Of a stretch of 64,000 nt of DNA, positions 14,335 to 29,449 are shown in pieces. The stretch's first letter is position 1, and each line of letters starts with the position of its first letter. Origin of the DNA: Eledone cirrhosa (Eukaryota); NCBI GenBank assembly GCA_964016885.1, contig OZ024740.1:273792001-273856000 (forward strand), given 5' to 3'. A model generated the notes under the pieces. It was not told the origin of the DNA and did not search any database. It worked only from the letters and a program-made list of their open reading frames with translations. Both the position numbers and the translations under genes were made by a program.

Positions 14335-14335
<1 letters not shown>
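14093..14335 (-). mobile_element. Second 3'-end copy of the same Dong-like element, fused head-to-tail
   Basis: Matches about 10992-11258 with a 25-bp deletion and scattered substitutions. Confidence 0.9.

Positions 14336-14391
<56 letters not shown>
14336..14391. repeat. (TAT)n microsatellite between Dong-like and Tx1-like elements
   Basis: Perfect trinucleotide run. Confidence 0.95.
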
Positions 14392-14392
<1 letters not shown>

Positions 14393-14419
14393 GTATATTG
14401 ATATTAGCGATAAAGACGA

Positions 14420-15663
14420 ACAGTTGGCCCTGGCGTAGAGGCTAATCAAATGAGAGAAGTCCTGGGCAAACCTGACCATCCTGGACGGGGCAATAGCGGC
14501 CATGCAAAGGAGGACTGTGTACTTTCTATGCATTTCGGTGCAGACACGAAAAGTGGAACTTGCCAGCCAAGCAGAGGTTGAGGCTGCTTTGGAGTGCATC
14601 GGAAGTGACACAGTGTAAAAAGCAAGAGCCAAACAGTTCGGTACCATCTCGGTACTGTTCAAAACCGAGGTCCTTGCTATTAAGCACTCGGTGACCCTCT
14701 GCAGAACGGAACGCATTATCATGCACCCGTCCTACAAGGGTAAAGGGAGAGTAAAGGTCCGCATTCCCAGCATCCCACCAGGAATGAACATATGCTGGCT
14801 GCTGGGATGCGTAATCGAGGAGGGGACATACACTACCCTCCTGGATATCAAAAGGACAGAGAGAGAAGACTGGTCCGGTATGAATTTGGAGATTCTTCTC
14901 CAAATGAAACCGGAGGACATGAACAACATTTTTCCTGCCTGCAGGACGGGACAACAATCCAACTAATCACTGATGTAAGAAGGCCACACTGCTTCGTCTG
15001 CGGGGAAGCAACGCATCTGCAAGCCTTCTGTCCTCAGCGCAAACATATAGGGGGTCGCAAACCTCCTTTGTTGCCAACGCCAGTGTCAGCACGGAAAGCT
15101 GCACCACCACCACCACCAAAAACAACACCAACAAAGACACGGACACCAACATCAAAAACAGCCGAAAAACGAGGAAAGCTATCCCACTCCAACCCCCCAT
15201 TATACACATAGAAAAAACAATAAACGTACACACAAACACAGAGACACTCACAGCCACAGACCCTTGTCTTCCAGCAGCGAAGATGACTGAAAACCCCAAA
15301 GTCCAAAAAAAACAGAGAAAACTCACCCCAAAAAAGCCCCAACAAAACACAAAAACATACACAACAAAAAATGCAGACATCACTAACGCAAACACTTCCC
15401 CAATAACATCAGCACCAACAGCAACATCGACACCACCCCCACAATCCCCGAAACGCAAACAACCTAAACAAACACATGTACAAATAAACACACAAATACC
15501 TGAAATTGCAGACACCACACCTACAACAAACACAGACATACCCGAAACAACACCACCAAAACCATCACCACCACAGTCACCAAAACGAAAACAAATAAAA
15601 CCACAGCAACAAAATGTTAAAAACTTCGTGCTTGTCAGAAGGGCCAACGATAAACTGATGTAA
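14420..15663 (+). pseudogene. LINE ORF1 (gag-like, zinc knuckle, T/P/K-rich tail)
   Basis: CFVCGEATHLQAFC CCHC knuckle near 14990-15031; duplicated PPQSPKRKQ motif; stops and frameshifts; boundaries approximate. Confidence 0.7.
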
Positions 15664-15946
15664 CTCTTAGCACGAATCGCGGAAATTTAAACAGAGGGGC
15701 AGATTTTTGAAATGAGCACATTTTGCGTGCCACAAGATTTGCTTCTGGTCCGAATTCAATCGATTCCTACAAAGAAATTCGAGAGAGCTTTCCTCAAGAC
15801 GTGGGAACCCTGAATGTGAAACCTACATCGAGACTTTTAAAGGGGTTCCCAAAAGAAACCACACTAACCATGGAGGTCGAACCACCCGACCTTCACAAGA
15901 CCCCGGGAGGTAAGTAAACCTTCCTTCTCTCTTTTAGCCTGCTAAC

Positions 15947-18900
15947 ATGGCAATATTAGAGTAGGAAGTTTAAATGTTCGTGGCCTGGGGTCACCATAGA
16001 AGCAACGTCACCTTCTCAACGACTTCAGGTCGCTGGAAATGGATGTGATTGCCGTCAGAGAGACCACAATTTCCGACACGCGCGCACTAGCCCCCATTTT
16101 CGACGACTATCAGATCTTCGCATCTGTTAGCAGACCGGGAATGGGAGGTGGGGTAGCAGTGCTGTTTAGGAAAGGACTGGATCTCGAGGTAAGGTCGATC
16201 TTCCGGGACCCGGACGGTAAGTTGGTGGTCTTGGATGTGAGCACTAGCGAAGTTGGTGCCTTTAGACTGCTGGCCGTCTACGCCCATACAGGGGCCGGTG
16301 GACCGGACTTCTTTAGGCGCTTGGAGACTTCTCTGGGTACGTCTCGCCCTTTACTGTTAGCGGGGGACTGCAATGGCACCTTAGACGCACACTGGATTTG
16401 TGTGGGAGTAGCCGATAAGAGCGGGGGGTGCAAAAGACTCAAGCACCTACTCAGCCAGTTCCAACTGTCTGACAGGTATCGACTAGATATCCCCAATGTG
16501 CCTGTATGGACATGGACCAACCGAATGGGGTCATCTAGATCGTATATAGACAGGATTTTCATTAGGAAAATAGATAGAAATAGTGTTGGCTTCCCACCTT
16601 TTAAAACGGTCGCCTATTCAGATCACAAATTTGTGATCTGTACGGTCGACCTAGATAAAATGCGTAGGTTAGGACCGGGTTACTGGAAGCTGAACATGTC
16701 ATTTCCGGCACATAAGGCTTACAGGGACCGAGTCAACAATTTATTAAGAAAAAGTTGACAGGGGGGATCGTCAACAATAGATGGTGGGGGCTCTCAAAAG
16801 ATAGATTAGAGTAACTTCGATAGTTCAGCAAAGAACTAGCGTTAGAGAAAAATAGAAAGGAGAGGGAGCTGGTAGATAAGTTAGACGAGGCTATTTGTAG
16901 CGGCATTGCAATTGACGTGCTAGCAGCGAGAATGGCATTGGACCATTTCTTCAATGCGAAACACAAAGGTTTCATTGTCAGAGCTAAGGCGCGTGCGCTG
17001 AGAAACGAGGGTTCCAAAGTTGTTCGATGGGTCCGCGTGGCAGAGGCGCAGCGTGGTAATAATACCACATTCGTTATTTGGTGGACCGAAACGGACACGA
17101 GATAAGCGATTCCAAGCGGATGTGTGGCGCCTTTCGTCAGCACTTTGCTCGGTTGTTCGGGGAGAGTGGCGAGTCAGAGAGAGTACCGGATTTCAGTCCC
17201 TACCTTGACGGCTTGCCGCGCATCTCGACAGCCGACGCTGAGCGCTGCGAAATACCGATTACTTCAGCCGAAATTCAGGACGCCATTGTCGGCTGCATGA
17301 GGCGCAAGTCACTCGGTTTGGATGGCCTGCCCTACGAGCTTTACCAGACTTGTTCTGCGATCTCCTCAAAGCACTCTACTGCAACTGGCAGCAGAATGGG
17401 AGTATTCCCAGTTCTGTGAGCAGTGGAGTGGCGACGCTGATAAGGAAAGACGAGAACAAGAGAAATACAGTAAACAACTTCAGGCCCATAACTCTGCTCA
17501 ATACAGAGTTTAAGATTTTGGCCAAGGTGTTAGCAAAGAGAATGGCGCTTGTCGTCGAGGATTTGGTTGGGGAGGCGCAAACTTGCGCAAACCCAGCCAG
17601 GTCCATACACGACAATCTCCACCTCATGCGATACATCATAGAGAGGGTAGAATGTAAACCTGGCTTCGGTCGGTCACTGATCAATTTAGATCAATCGAAA
17701 AGATTCAATAGGGTCGACCATCGGTATATGCAGTTTGTCCTCAAAGCAGCTGGCTTCGGCCCTGTCTTCAGAATCTGGATCGCTGCAATGCACAGCGGCA
17801 CACACTCGGTGTTCAGGGTTAATGGCCACCTCTCGGAACCATTTCCGCTCTCCCGATCGGTCCGTCAAGGGTTCCCCCGCTCTTCCCTTCTGTACGTATT
17901 GACTCTCGAGCCTTTACTGCGGAAGCTGGAGCTGTTGCAGGGCATCCCGCTCGAACCGGGACGTTGAAAGGCAGTGGCGGCTTATGCGGATAACATCACC
18001 GTGATGGTGTCGAACACCTCAGAAATCGAGGTGGTCGGGCACCTTATTGAACGAATATGAAAGGTTGACAGGAGCCAAATTTAACCCGGAAAAGTCGGTG
18101 GGCTTGCAGCTCGGAACCTGGAGAGGCAAGCCCATGCCGTCAAACAGCGTCGTGGGGCGCTGGACGGATGGACCGGTAAGGTTGCTCGGGGTTTGGTTCG
18201 GACCAGACCTCCAGGTGGAAAAGAATTGGAACGAAGTAACGAGCAGTGTAGCCAGTCTCACCAAAAAATGGGCTGGGAGGAAGCTACACTGAAAGGTCGC
18301 ACTAAGGTGTCGAATGCGTACATCGCGTCCGTCATCTACTGCCGCCTGACCGTCGTGCCTTGCCCCCGTCCGCGCCTCGTCAAGTTGGAACGGCTCCTCT
18401 TCAAATTCTTGTGGAGGGGACAAGTTCAGTTGGTGTGGCGGTCCATCTGCTGCCAGCACCCTCTACGTGGATGGCTGGGCATGCCGTGGCTAATGATGCG
18501 CAGTCGTGCGTTGAGGCTGCGACATCTCCAGATATTCTGCCTAAACAGTGAACAGGTGTGGTCGCCGTTTATCAGACGGGCTTTTCCGCAGCTCATTTCT
18601 TTAACTGAGCTGCAGTCCGGGATCAAGATGAGACCGAGACTGGGTGACTAGCTCCTGGAATGTTGCCAGGCACTCACTGCCCTCTACCAAGCGGGCAATG
18701 CGATCAGTGGAACTTCCACTCTCGAGTTATATAGAGGATTAGTGGTGGGCAAGTGCGATGACGCACTCGGAGAAGCTTTGGGCCTCGACGAAGTCGAACT
18801 GACCAGTCTGTACCGGGGGACTTTCGAGCCAGGGACGATGGACAATTTCCAGAAATCCCTCGCTTGGCAGTGCTACCGATGGTCACTGCCGGTTCGGGAT

Positions 18901-19353
18901 AAACTCTACAGGCACGGAAGTGCTGTCAGACGGACCTGCCCAAGATGCGCACAGAACGACGAAACCGTTCTGCACGCACTTGTCCAATGTCCGTGCATTA
19001 CTGACTTGTGGAGTTATGTCGAACAGCTACTGTCGCGTGTGGAACGAATCCGGCTATCGGCCGAGTCCATAGTGAAGATCGAGTCGCCACCTTCCTTAGG
19101 TCAGGAAGAGCAGGAAATTTTCCTTTGTCTGGTGGCAGTTGCGAAAGAGATTATATGGTGGACCAGGTTGAAAGGACTAAAGACAGACACTTTTCTCTTC
19201 GGCCAATCCCTCATCAACTTCTTCAAGTTTCACCTGGAAAGGAGGGTGATGTTGGGGAGAGAAGTACTGCCCCCCAGTACATTTGCTAAAAGGTGGGTGA
19301 ATGTTGCGAGAATGGCTCGTGTGAATGGGCCTACTCTGACCATGCACATATAG
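15947..19353 (+). pseudogene. LINE ORF2 (APE endonuclease, reverse transcriptase, C-terminal zinc-binding domain)
   Basis: VGSLNVRGL, LAGDCN, SYIDRIF, SDHK (APE); NFRPITLLN, VRQG, AYADN (RT); CPRCAQNDETVLHALVQC; multiple frameshifts. Confidence 0.9.
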
Positions 19354-19640
19354 GCTAGCTAACTTGAGGAGAGGGGTGCTCTCCCTGGGTGCCCTAGAAG
19401 CGCATGGTGGTTCAGATTGGTGGGGTACCCGAGTCACCCCAGGGCCGTCCAGCCCCTATTGGGGAATTTATTTTGTTATATTTATGCATAGTTTATTTTA
19501 TATTTTTATATCTTCATTGTTAAATTAGTCTTGCCATTGTGCACTTTTACTCGACCTTATTGTAAACCCCCACTGTCCCTGTCTTTGTATTGTCCCCTAC
19601 ATGTCGGCTCTTGTGGCTAATAAATGAAATCATTATTATT

Positions 19641-19830
19641 AGCGGTGAATTGGCAGTATCGGTAGAGAGTTGGACGCCATGCTTTCTAGCATAATTACAT
19701 CCCTTTACAGTCTGAGTTCAAATCCCGCCGAGATTTACTTTGCCTTTCATCCTTACGGGGTCGATAAAATAAAGTACCAGTAATGTACTGGGTAATTGCT
19801 GGCCTTGTGCCTAAAGTAGAAACAATTATT
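19641..19830 (+). mobile_element. SINE family A
   Basis: Full-length match to copies at 34717, 34911 and 52222. Confidence 0.9.
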
Positions 19831-19886
19831 ATTATTGCTGTTGTTTTCCCAGCATTTCACACTCTGCAGTCAGAAATGTTATTATT

Positions 19887-20217
19887 CCAGCATTTTGTTG
19901 AAAGATGGGTGAGAGAAGCAAGAATGGCCCGAGTGAATGGGCATACTCTGAGTATGTATCTGTAAATTAAAGGTGGAAAACTGGGAGAAGGCACTTGCCC
20001 TGGTGGTCAGGGTCACTGTGGCTTTTTAATGGGCTTTCTCCACAAATGTCCCTCCGAAGTCTCCCCCCTATTGGGGAATTTTTCATTGTTATTTTTTTGT
20101 TACATCCTCTGTTTTTGTTTTTTACACACAGAAATGCCCATTTGTACCGTCCTGTATTGTCCTGTAGTGTCCTCAATGTCTATTTTATGTAAACCCTTGT
20201 GGTTAATTAAGAAATCA
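19887..20217 (+). mobile_element. Tx1/L1-like 3' fragment
   Basis: RWVREARMARVNGHTLSMYL* parallels the ORF2 end RWVNVARMARVNGPTLTMHI*; similar 3'UTR (ccctattggggaattt). Confidence 0.85.
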
Positions 20218-20227
20218 TTATTACTTT

Positions 20228-20397
20228 AGGGTGGTGGATTCACAGTATCGGTAGAGTGTTGGACACCATGCTTTGCAGCATAGAGTTACGTCACTTTATG
20301 ATCTGAGTTTAAATCCCACCGAGGTTAACTTTGAATAAAGTACCAGTAATACACTGGGATAATTGCTGGACTTGTGCAAAAAGTAGAAACAATTATT
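20228..20397 (+). mobile_element. SINE family A, internally deleted
   Basis: Head and tail match family A; core partly missing. Confidence 0.85.
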
Positions 20398-21134
20398 ACT
20401 TCAGGATTCAAAAAGAGTCAATCACAGACCTAGAACTTAAAATCAAATCTCTTTTCAAACAGAAAATTAAAATATATTGAAGATAACTTTCTGGTAAAAA
20501 TTGATAGATTATTCTAAAAAAAATTCCATTAAAGTCTCTGATATAATCTGTTGCTATAAGTATATATGTGTATAATAAGTGTATAGGTGTATACGTAAAA
20601 TATCTACTGCCATATATATCCCTGCAAAATACATAAACGAAATTTTCCCCACAAGCAAATACACCCATATATGGATGTACATAATGAATATATGCAGGAA
20701 TTTTTTCTGTCAGTGTGTGAGCATGGGCATGGTTGTGTGAGCATGGTTGTGTGTGCAACTGTATTCTAAGGTTTTATCATATCTATTATAATATATTTAA
20801 TGGCAGAATAAAATCTATTTGAAAATTAAGTAAACATTAAGGTACAGTATAGGGGAAAAATAGGAAAAATAGGCATAGAGTAATGAAAAAGTAATGACAA
20901 AAATAACAGAGTAACTAAAAGAAAAATACAAAATATTCATAACACGGTGAATATATATATATTTATCGACAAAAACAAAAAGGAAATTGTAAAGTCTTCA
21001 GTATAACAGTCAATAAAAACTATTTTGTGAATAAGCATTCTTAACTATTTCATATGAGCAATTTTTCAATAACAATTTTATTGTCTCTGAAGCAGAAGAA
21101 TGTAGAGAAAAATGATGAGACAGCTCTTCTGTTA

Positions 21135-23186
<2,052 letters not shown>

Positions 23187-23188
<2 letters not shown>

Positions 23189-24179
23189 TAATGACATTAC
23201 TGACATCATCAAGCACAACAACATAAGAATCTTCACAGATGATTCCAAACTCCAAAGGGTCAGTGGGTGACCGGACTTGCCTTCAGTCAGACCTACTGGC
23301 TCTTATCCAATGGGCAGAAAAGAATAATATGCTGTTGAATGAGGATAAGTTTGAATTAATCCACTTTGGAAAAAAGGATGCCCTGAAACTACCATACTCT
23401 CTTCCTTCGGGTGAAACTCTAGTGGCATCCAACTACATCAGAGACCTGGGAGTAACTGTGGACAACAACATAATCTGGGCCACTCATATAAACAGCAAGG
23501 TTGACATGGCCCGCAGAATATGTTCCTGTTTTCTCAGAGCCTTCCAGTCGAGAAATATCCACACTGCTATCGTTCTCTTCTCCACTTTTGCCCGACCCCA
23601 CCTTGAATACTGTTGTCCACTGTGGTCTCCCCACACGAAACACAGTATCATGAAAGTTGAAGCACCACAAAGATCGATTACAAAAAAAGATAGATGGCAT
23701 GACAGGCCTTGACTATTGGAGTCGATTAGAAAAGCTCAACCTTTATTCTCTCCAACGTCCCCATGAGCGCTACATTATCTGCATGATGTGGAAAATATTC
23801 CATCAGTTTTGACCAAGTGATGTTGGCAGCACCTTTAATGTACACCCAAGGCTTGGGCCCCGTGCTATCCGCCCACGACAAAAATTTCACTCGCATCACA
23901 TAACAACAATACGGCACAATTATTTCACCACAATTGGCCCTGCTCTCTTTGTCATTACACCAAAACACATCAAAACAGAAACAGACACCAACAGGTTCAA
24001 GAAATCTTTGGACCTATTCCTTCAGGAAATCCCGGATAAGACGCATACACCCCGATATGCCTCCGTAAACAATAACTCTCTGCTCGAGTGGGCCCAAACC
24101 CTGATTTGTAAGACTTCGCCAGGTGGTGCTATTAAGTTAGACATGGCCTGGGCTATTACTGGCCGAAACCAATCAAAGT
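23187..24179 (+). mobile_element. CR1-like LINE 3' fragment (end of RT, C-terminus, 3'UTR)
   Basis: [51 protein letters not shown]; flanked by (TA)n. Confidence 0.85.
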
Positions 24180-24242
24180 TATATATATATATATAAGGGA
24201 GGAAGTTATAGTTCACTTGAAGCATTGTGTAATGAGGTATAA

Positions 24243-24679
24243 ACGTTTGAACTTGTAAAGCCAAACGATGCAGGTATGCACATAGAATAAAAATGCAAAT
24301 GCAAAAGATATTGTTGACAATTAGTCTTTTACCTTAGATTTATTTAAATGTCCTTAATTTTCGAGATAATATCTCTTCTTCGGAGGGGAGTAAAGCGGTT
24401 AAACCAGTGTTCTAAATAGCTTGCCAAGTCATGCTGACAGCATGAATTGGCAAGCTATTTAGAACACTGGTTTAACCGCTATGTTGACAGCACGACTTGG
24501 CAAGCTATTTATAACACTGGCTTAACCGCTTTACTTCCCTCCGATGAAGAGATATTATCTCGAAAATTAAGGACATTTAAATAAATCTAACGTAAAAGAC
24601 TAATTGTCAAAAATATCTTTTGTATTTGCATTGTTATTCTATGTCCATACCGGCATTGATTGGATTTACAAATTCAAAC

Positions 24680-24681
<2 letters not shown>
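24243..24681. mobile_element. Fold-back element with degenerate minimal hammerhead in each arm (Penelope-like/retrozyme-like)
   Basis: Arms about 190 bp with 1-nt centre (catgctg-a-cagcatg at 24437) and a roughly 50-bp tandem duplication in the right arm; right end runs into (TA)n. Confidence 0.8.
24535..24574 (+). ncRNA. Degenerate minimal type I hammerhead motif
   Basis: cct-CCGATGA-a-gagat(att)atctc-GAAA-at-TA-agg; core U4 replaced by C; the mirror copy on the minus strand reads CCGAAGA. Confidence 0.5.
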
Positions 24682-24774
<93 letters not shown>

Positions 24775-24788
24775 ATATACATATATAA

Positions 24789-24834
<46 letters not shown>

Positions 24835-24919
24835 ATATACAAGTATATCTAGTTGAGCATATCTAGTTGTATGTATATATATGTATATAAATATATATAT
24901 ATATGTATATATGTATATG

Positions 24920-25000
<81 letters not shown>

Positions 25001-25553
25001 TTATATATATTTATTAAAATAACAGATTAAAGTTCAAGCAAAGAATCGCTGCTTTGACTCTTAACGGGATCTTCTGAAACTAAAAAAATCAATCTGTGAA
25101 CACAGAAGTAAATATTTCGAAAAACGTTGCAACCGAAGGAAGATAGGTAGAGGATACTTTGGTTCGTGGAAACGTTCCCTGGCAAAGAACAGGAAAACGC
25201 GAAGATAATACGTCCGTATGTGGAGCAATGAGAACAATTACATGCAAAGACAAACGACGATTATGGTATAAATGAAGTCGTAGACTAAAATTCTATTTAG
25301 GAAACCGAATGATTCTCGGCTTCAGAGTTAAGAATAATGTAAATAAATTACAGAGGTTATTGAAATCAACAATAATTAAATATATCGATGTACGCATCCA
25401 TATACGTACATACACATGCATATGTGGAAACACCCGCCATGGGTATGCAAATATAGGCACGTACACAAAACCACGCGCACACATACAGAGACCCACACAA
25501 TGCCTATACCCTCACACATACGAACGTATAGACCAAATATACATAAAACATAT

Positions 25554-25596
<43 letters not shown>

Positions 25597-25849
25597 AATA
25601 CCCATAAAATTATGCCTAATTCTGGGTCTAGATATTATGTTTTTATAATGGAAGTTAGAATTGTTAATAAGACTGAATAACAGAAATTAAAACTTTAGAT
25701 TGTAGTAAAGTAAAGAATATAAACCTAAGGTATGGAATACTATAATTTAAACGAATAACTAGCAAATATCATCCTCCATCATATGAATGAACACACTTAG
25801 TGAGAGATAGAAAATATCAGGAAAGAGCACGGTAAATACACATATATAT

Positions 25850-25910
<61 letters not shown>

Positions 25911-26289
25911 TACCCATGTACATCAATATAGAAATAGGGTAGAAATGGTTAATATAGTGATTTTTACTACATTCCTGGTTAAGTAACATTTAATAGGTGT
26001 AATCCTATGCTTAAAATTATGCTTAGACAATAGAATTGACCATCCCCCGCAAATAGAATTAATCCAGGGTCTAGATATTATGTTTTTACAATGGTAAATA
26101 GAGTTAGCAATACAAATGAAAAAATAGAAATTAAAATGGGAAATAAAAATTAAAATCGTGTTTTAAGTAAATAAAGAATATATCCTAAAGTCTGGAACAT
26201 GAAGGGGAACGGGCATTCACTTCATCAACATTGTATTTGTCCCTTGTCACTTCAATTTTGCATTACATCCTGATTGTAACCTTATTATG

Positions 26290-26680
26290 TAAGAAGCTAT
26301 CTGGTGAGATCATGGCACAAGGTATTACATGGAATCGCATGGTGTGCAGAAGATTTGCATAGATTAGAAAGAAACAAAACTTGCATGCTTCGATGGAAGT
26401 GTAATAGTAATGTTTGCGAACAGCAAAGCATAAACGAATTGAAAGAGAGACTAAGGTATCAAATGGTGTGTGCAGGAGAGAAGATTGCATTGGTATGGAC
26501 ATATGATGCATATGAAGGACAACAACTGTATAAAAATGTGCAGAGCGATCAAAATTGATGGAAGCTACGGAGTGGGTTGACTGAGAAATCCTGGGACGAG
26601 GTGATAAAAACTGACCTTGCTCACTTAGACCTCTCTAAGACAATTTCACTGGATTGAGATCTTTTATGCTATGGAGGAAA
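26290..26680 (+). mobile_element. RTE LINE C-terminal fragment
   Basis: LHG..WCAEDLHRLERNKTCMLRWKCNSNV, similar to 53500-53870. Confidence 0.8.
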
Positions 26681-26879
26681 CAATACAAGGCAACTAACAA
26701 TATTAAGATGGGGGTATATATACAGAAAGGAAGGGGTGACATATATGTATTTTAAACAAGTTGGTTATACAAATTATTAAAATGTATGAGGCCTTTAGTC
26801 CTGTTTTACAGAGCTGAATACCTAAAGCTAATTGAGGAACCCTACAAATCCACAATTGCCTTGATCTTCAGTAGCGAGT

Positions 26880-28385
26880 GCCCTCTCCCAACTATTGTTA
26901 TTTGACCTACAGTCACAAACTGAGAGAAGTTCCATTCATTTTAATATTTGGTCAAATATACTGGAGGAGACCACTTCCCTCTCCAACCACACCTTTCTTT
27001 AAAAGTGGAACTTTAAACAGTCAATGAAAGCCGGACTGAAGAGGAATTTGTCTGTCACCAGGCATTTCAGTCTTGGTCAGCACACAACCTCATTCATCAT
27101 AGCCACCAGACACAGGAAAACAATTCACTCAACCCTGTTGAAAGAAGGTTGCAGGGCTATCTTCATGATAGACTTTCAATAGCTGGATCTGTCCTAATCA
27201 TGACAAGAGTTTTTTAACATAACTCCACAGCTCAGAAAAACATGGACATTGAATGAATGCATGTAGAACAGTTCATCACACTGTGCACATCTCGGACAGG
27301 CCCATCTGACAGCACTTACATACATGTATAGTTTATCAGCATTCCCCCTGGTAGCACTGTCAGGTCAGAGATTTATAGAATTTATCAAAAGTCTTCTAAA
27401 ATAGGCCAAAGAGTTTTTTTCTCATTGACAACTAGGATTTCTCTGAGAGCATCATCAAATTTCCCCACCACTAAGCCTTTATTTATTGTTAATATTGAAC
27501 TTTCACTGATCACATAGCCTGACTGGTAGGAACAATACACAGACTCAGTGCCTGTTTGTGTATCAACAGCCACAGCATGCCACATTCTCTGTTCAGTGGA
27601 AGTTGGCAACAGATGGACTGTCTAACCAATGAGACACAGCCTTTCCATGAGAAGCAGAAGAGCATATGTTCCAGATTGGTCAGACGAGGACTGAGACAAG
27701 AACGAGGGTCTGGCGATAAATGATGATAGACGCAATGTAAGCATTTGCCACCTTTGTCTGAACTTTCAGGGATAGCTTCCTCTCGGCCCATTTCTGAGTG
27801 AGAGCTACCACCCTGCTCTTAAATTTATCTCACTTCCGATCCACATGGAGTTCTGGACTCTTCCAGTCCTCTAGCAGTTTAACCAGGCTGTCTGAACACC
27901 ACCCGACAACACTGTCTGATGACAGGACATGCCTTTCCATTTACTGAGCTCCAAGTACACTGACTTACTGGTTTGATACGTGCCCCTGCCACCCCATCAT
28001 ACTTATTTAGGGCAGTGCCAATCCAATCCAATTCTGTGGTGTGCAGTACCATCCTGGTCACATCCTCGACATATGCCAATACAGCTCTCTCACAACTCCA
28101 GTTAGTTTCCATAACAGTGAATCTACAGCCAACACATACATGAGAGGGAATATTCCTGAGGGTCCAAGCACTCAATAGGAAAAAGCTTTGAGAGCTGGCC
28201 ATTTACGTTTCTAAGCAGGTACTACTTCAGTGCATAACAGTGTTCCCACCCTGAAAATGGGGCTAAAATCGGCTACTCTAAGGACAGATGCCAAGTAGCG
28301 ATGGTGGTCAATACCATAAGCTTTTGATTGATCCAAGTTGATTGAAGATGCACTGAACCATCTTCTCATGTAGATGAGGTTCACC
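26880..28385 (-). mobile_element. Diverged Tx1/L1-like ORF2 fragment
   Basis: Reverse strand encodes LVRQSICCQLPL, LVVGKFDDALRE, AYVEDVT, matching 17650-19300. Confidence 0.8.
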
Positions 28386-28680
28386 TGGCATTGATGACTT
28401 ATCTCTCAGAGGCTGAAATCACAAGAGCAATTAAATATCTCAAATTGGGCCTGTGATATTAAAAGATTTATATAGAGAATGTATTCTCTGGATGGTTAGT
28501 GTCTGCCGTATGGGCTGGATCTCTTGAAAAGCATCTAAGCAATAGCAGTTTGGTGTGATAATCCCAATTTTCCAAATGGAAGACAAGAAAGATTGCTCCA
28601 ATTATGAAAGGTCTCATTGTTAAGCCGCCCCAATAAAATATATGCTAAGTGACTGCCAAAGAGATGTAGGGAGATTATAG
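28385..28680 (+). mobile_element. Old RTE-like RT fragment
   Basis: Remnants of EITRAIKYLKLG and GVIIPIF..DKKDCSNY. Confidence 0.5.
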
Positions 28681-29449
28681 GGTTCAATCAGCAATTAAAG
28701 TGCTCTGACTGATTATCCACTGAATTTGTAATAGGAAGTCCTCCTTAAACCTGCTATCAGAAATGTGTCAGGGGCCTGCTCTCTTCAGAGAGGTGCATAC
28801 TCATGAGGTGGACAGAATACTTGTTGATTTGTTCAACCTGGTTACCTGATGTTATGAGGTACATATATGTACATGAGGTACATATATATATATATTTATG
28901 TGTGTGTGCCTGTATGTATCTGCATCTGTGTTTATGTGCGTATTTGATCTATAACTTAGAAGTTTCATGTAAAAGAGAGCAATAAAGTAAATACTAGACT
29001 CGAAAAAAGTAGTACTGAGGTTAATAGGATCAACTAAATTCCTTTAAATTAGTGCTCCATTATGGTTGCTGTCTAATGAATGAAACCAGTAGAATAATAT
29101 AAAGTATCTCTCTCTCTCTCTAAATATAAACATTTATCTATATATATATATATATCCACACCCACACATTCATACAAACACATACACATGCACACACACA
29201 TATATATGTATAAAAACAGTTTTTCTTTCAAAGAGGATGGTAAAAGTTTACTGCAATAAAAAAGAAAATGCATTGGCGGGAGTCCAATGAGAAGAAAGAT
29301 ATATATAATAGATATATGATATATAAATATATACATATGTGTGTGTGTGTTTCATGTCATTGGCTTTGCTCCAGTGCATTTTTCTGCTTCATGTAAAGTT
29401 TTACAAGTCCATCCTCTTGAAAATATATATATATATCATTGCCAGCATG

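Larger units (their letters stand above)
14392..19631 (+). mobile_element. Tx1/L1-clade LINE, near full length, both ORFs disrupted
   Basis: ORF1 with CCHC knuckle, ORF2 APE-RT-zinc domain, 3'UTR ending gctaataaatgaaatc followed by (ATT)n. Confidence 0.9.

Noticed and set aside
10992-14335. LTR retrotransposon interpretation of the direct repeats
   Set aside because: The repeats are coding 3' ends of an RLE non-LTR element; no TG..CA termini, PBS or integrase seen
14967-15647. 226-aa minus-strand ORF
   Set aside because: Antisense shadow of the CA-rich low-complexity part of LINE ORF1
25620-26200. Diverged direct repeat (gggtctagatattatgttttta.aatgg at about 25624 and 26067)
   Set aside because: Old local duplication with no further structure
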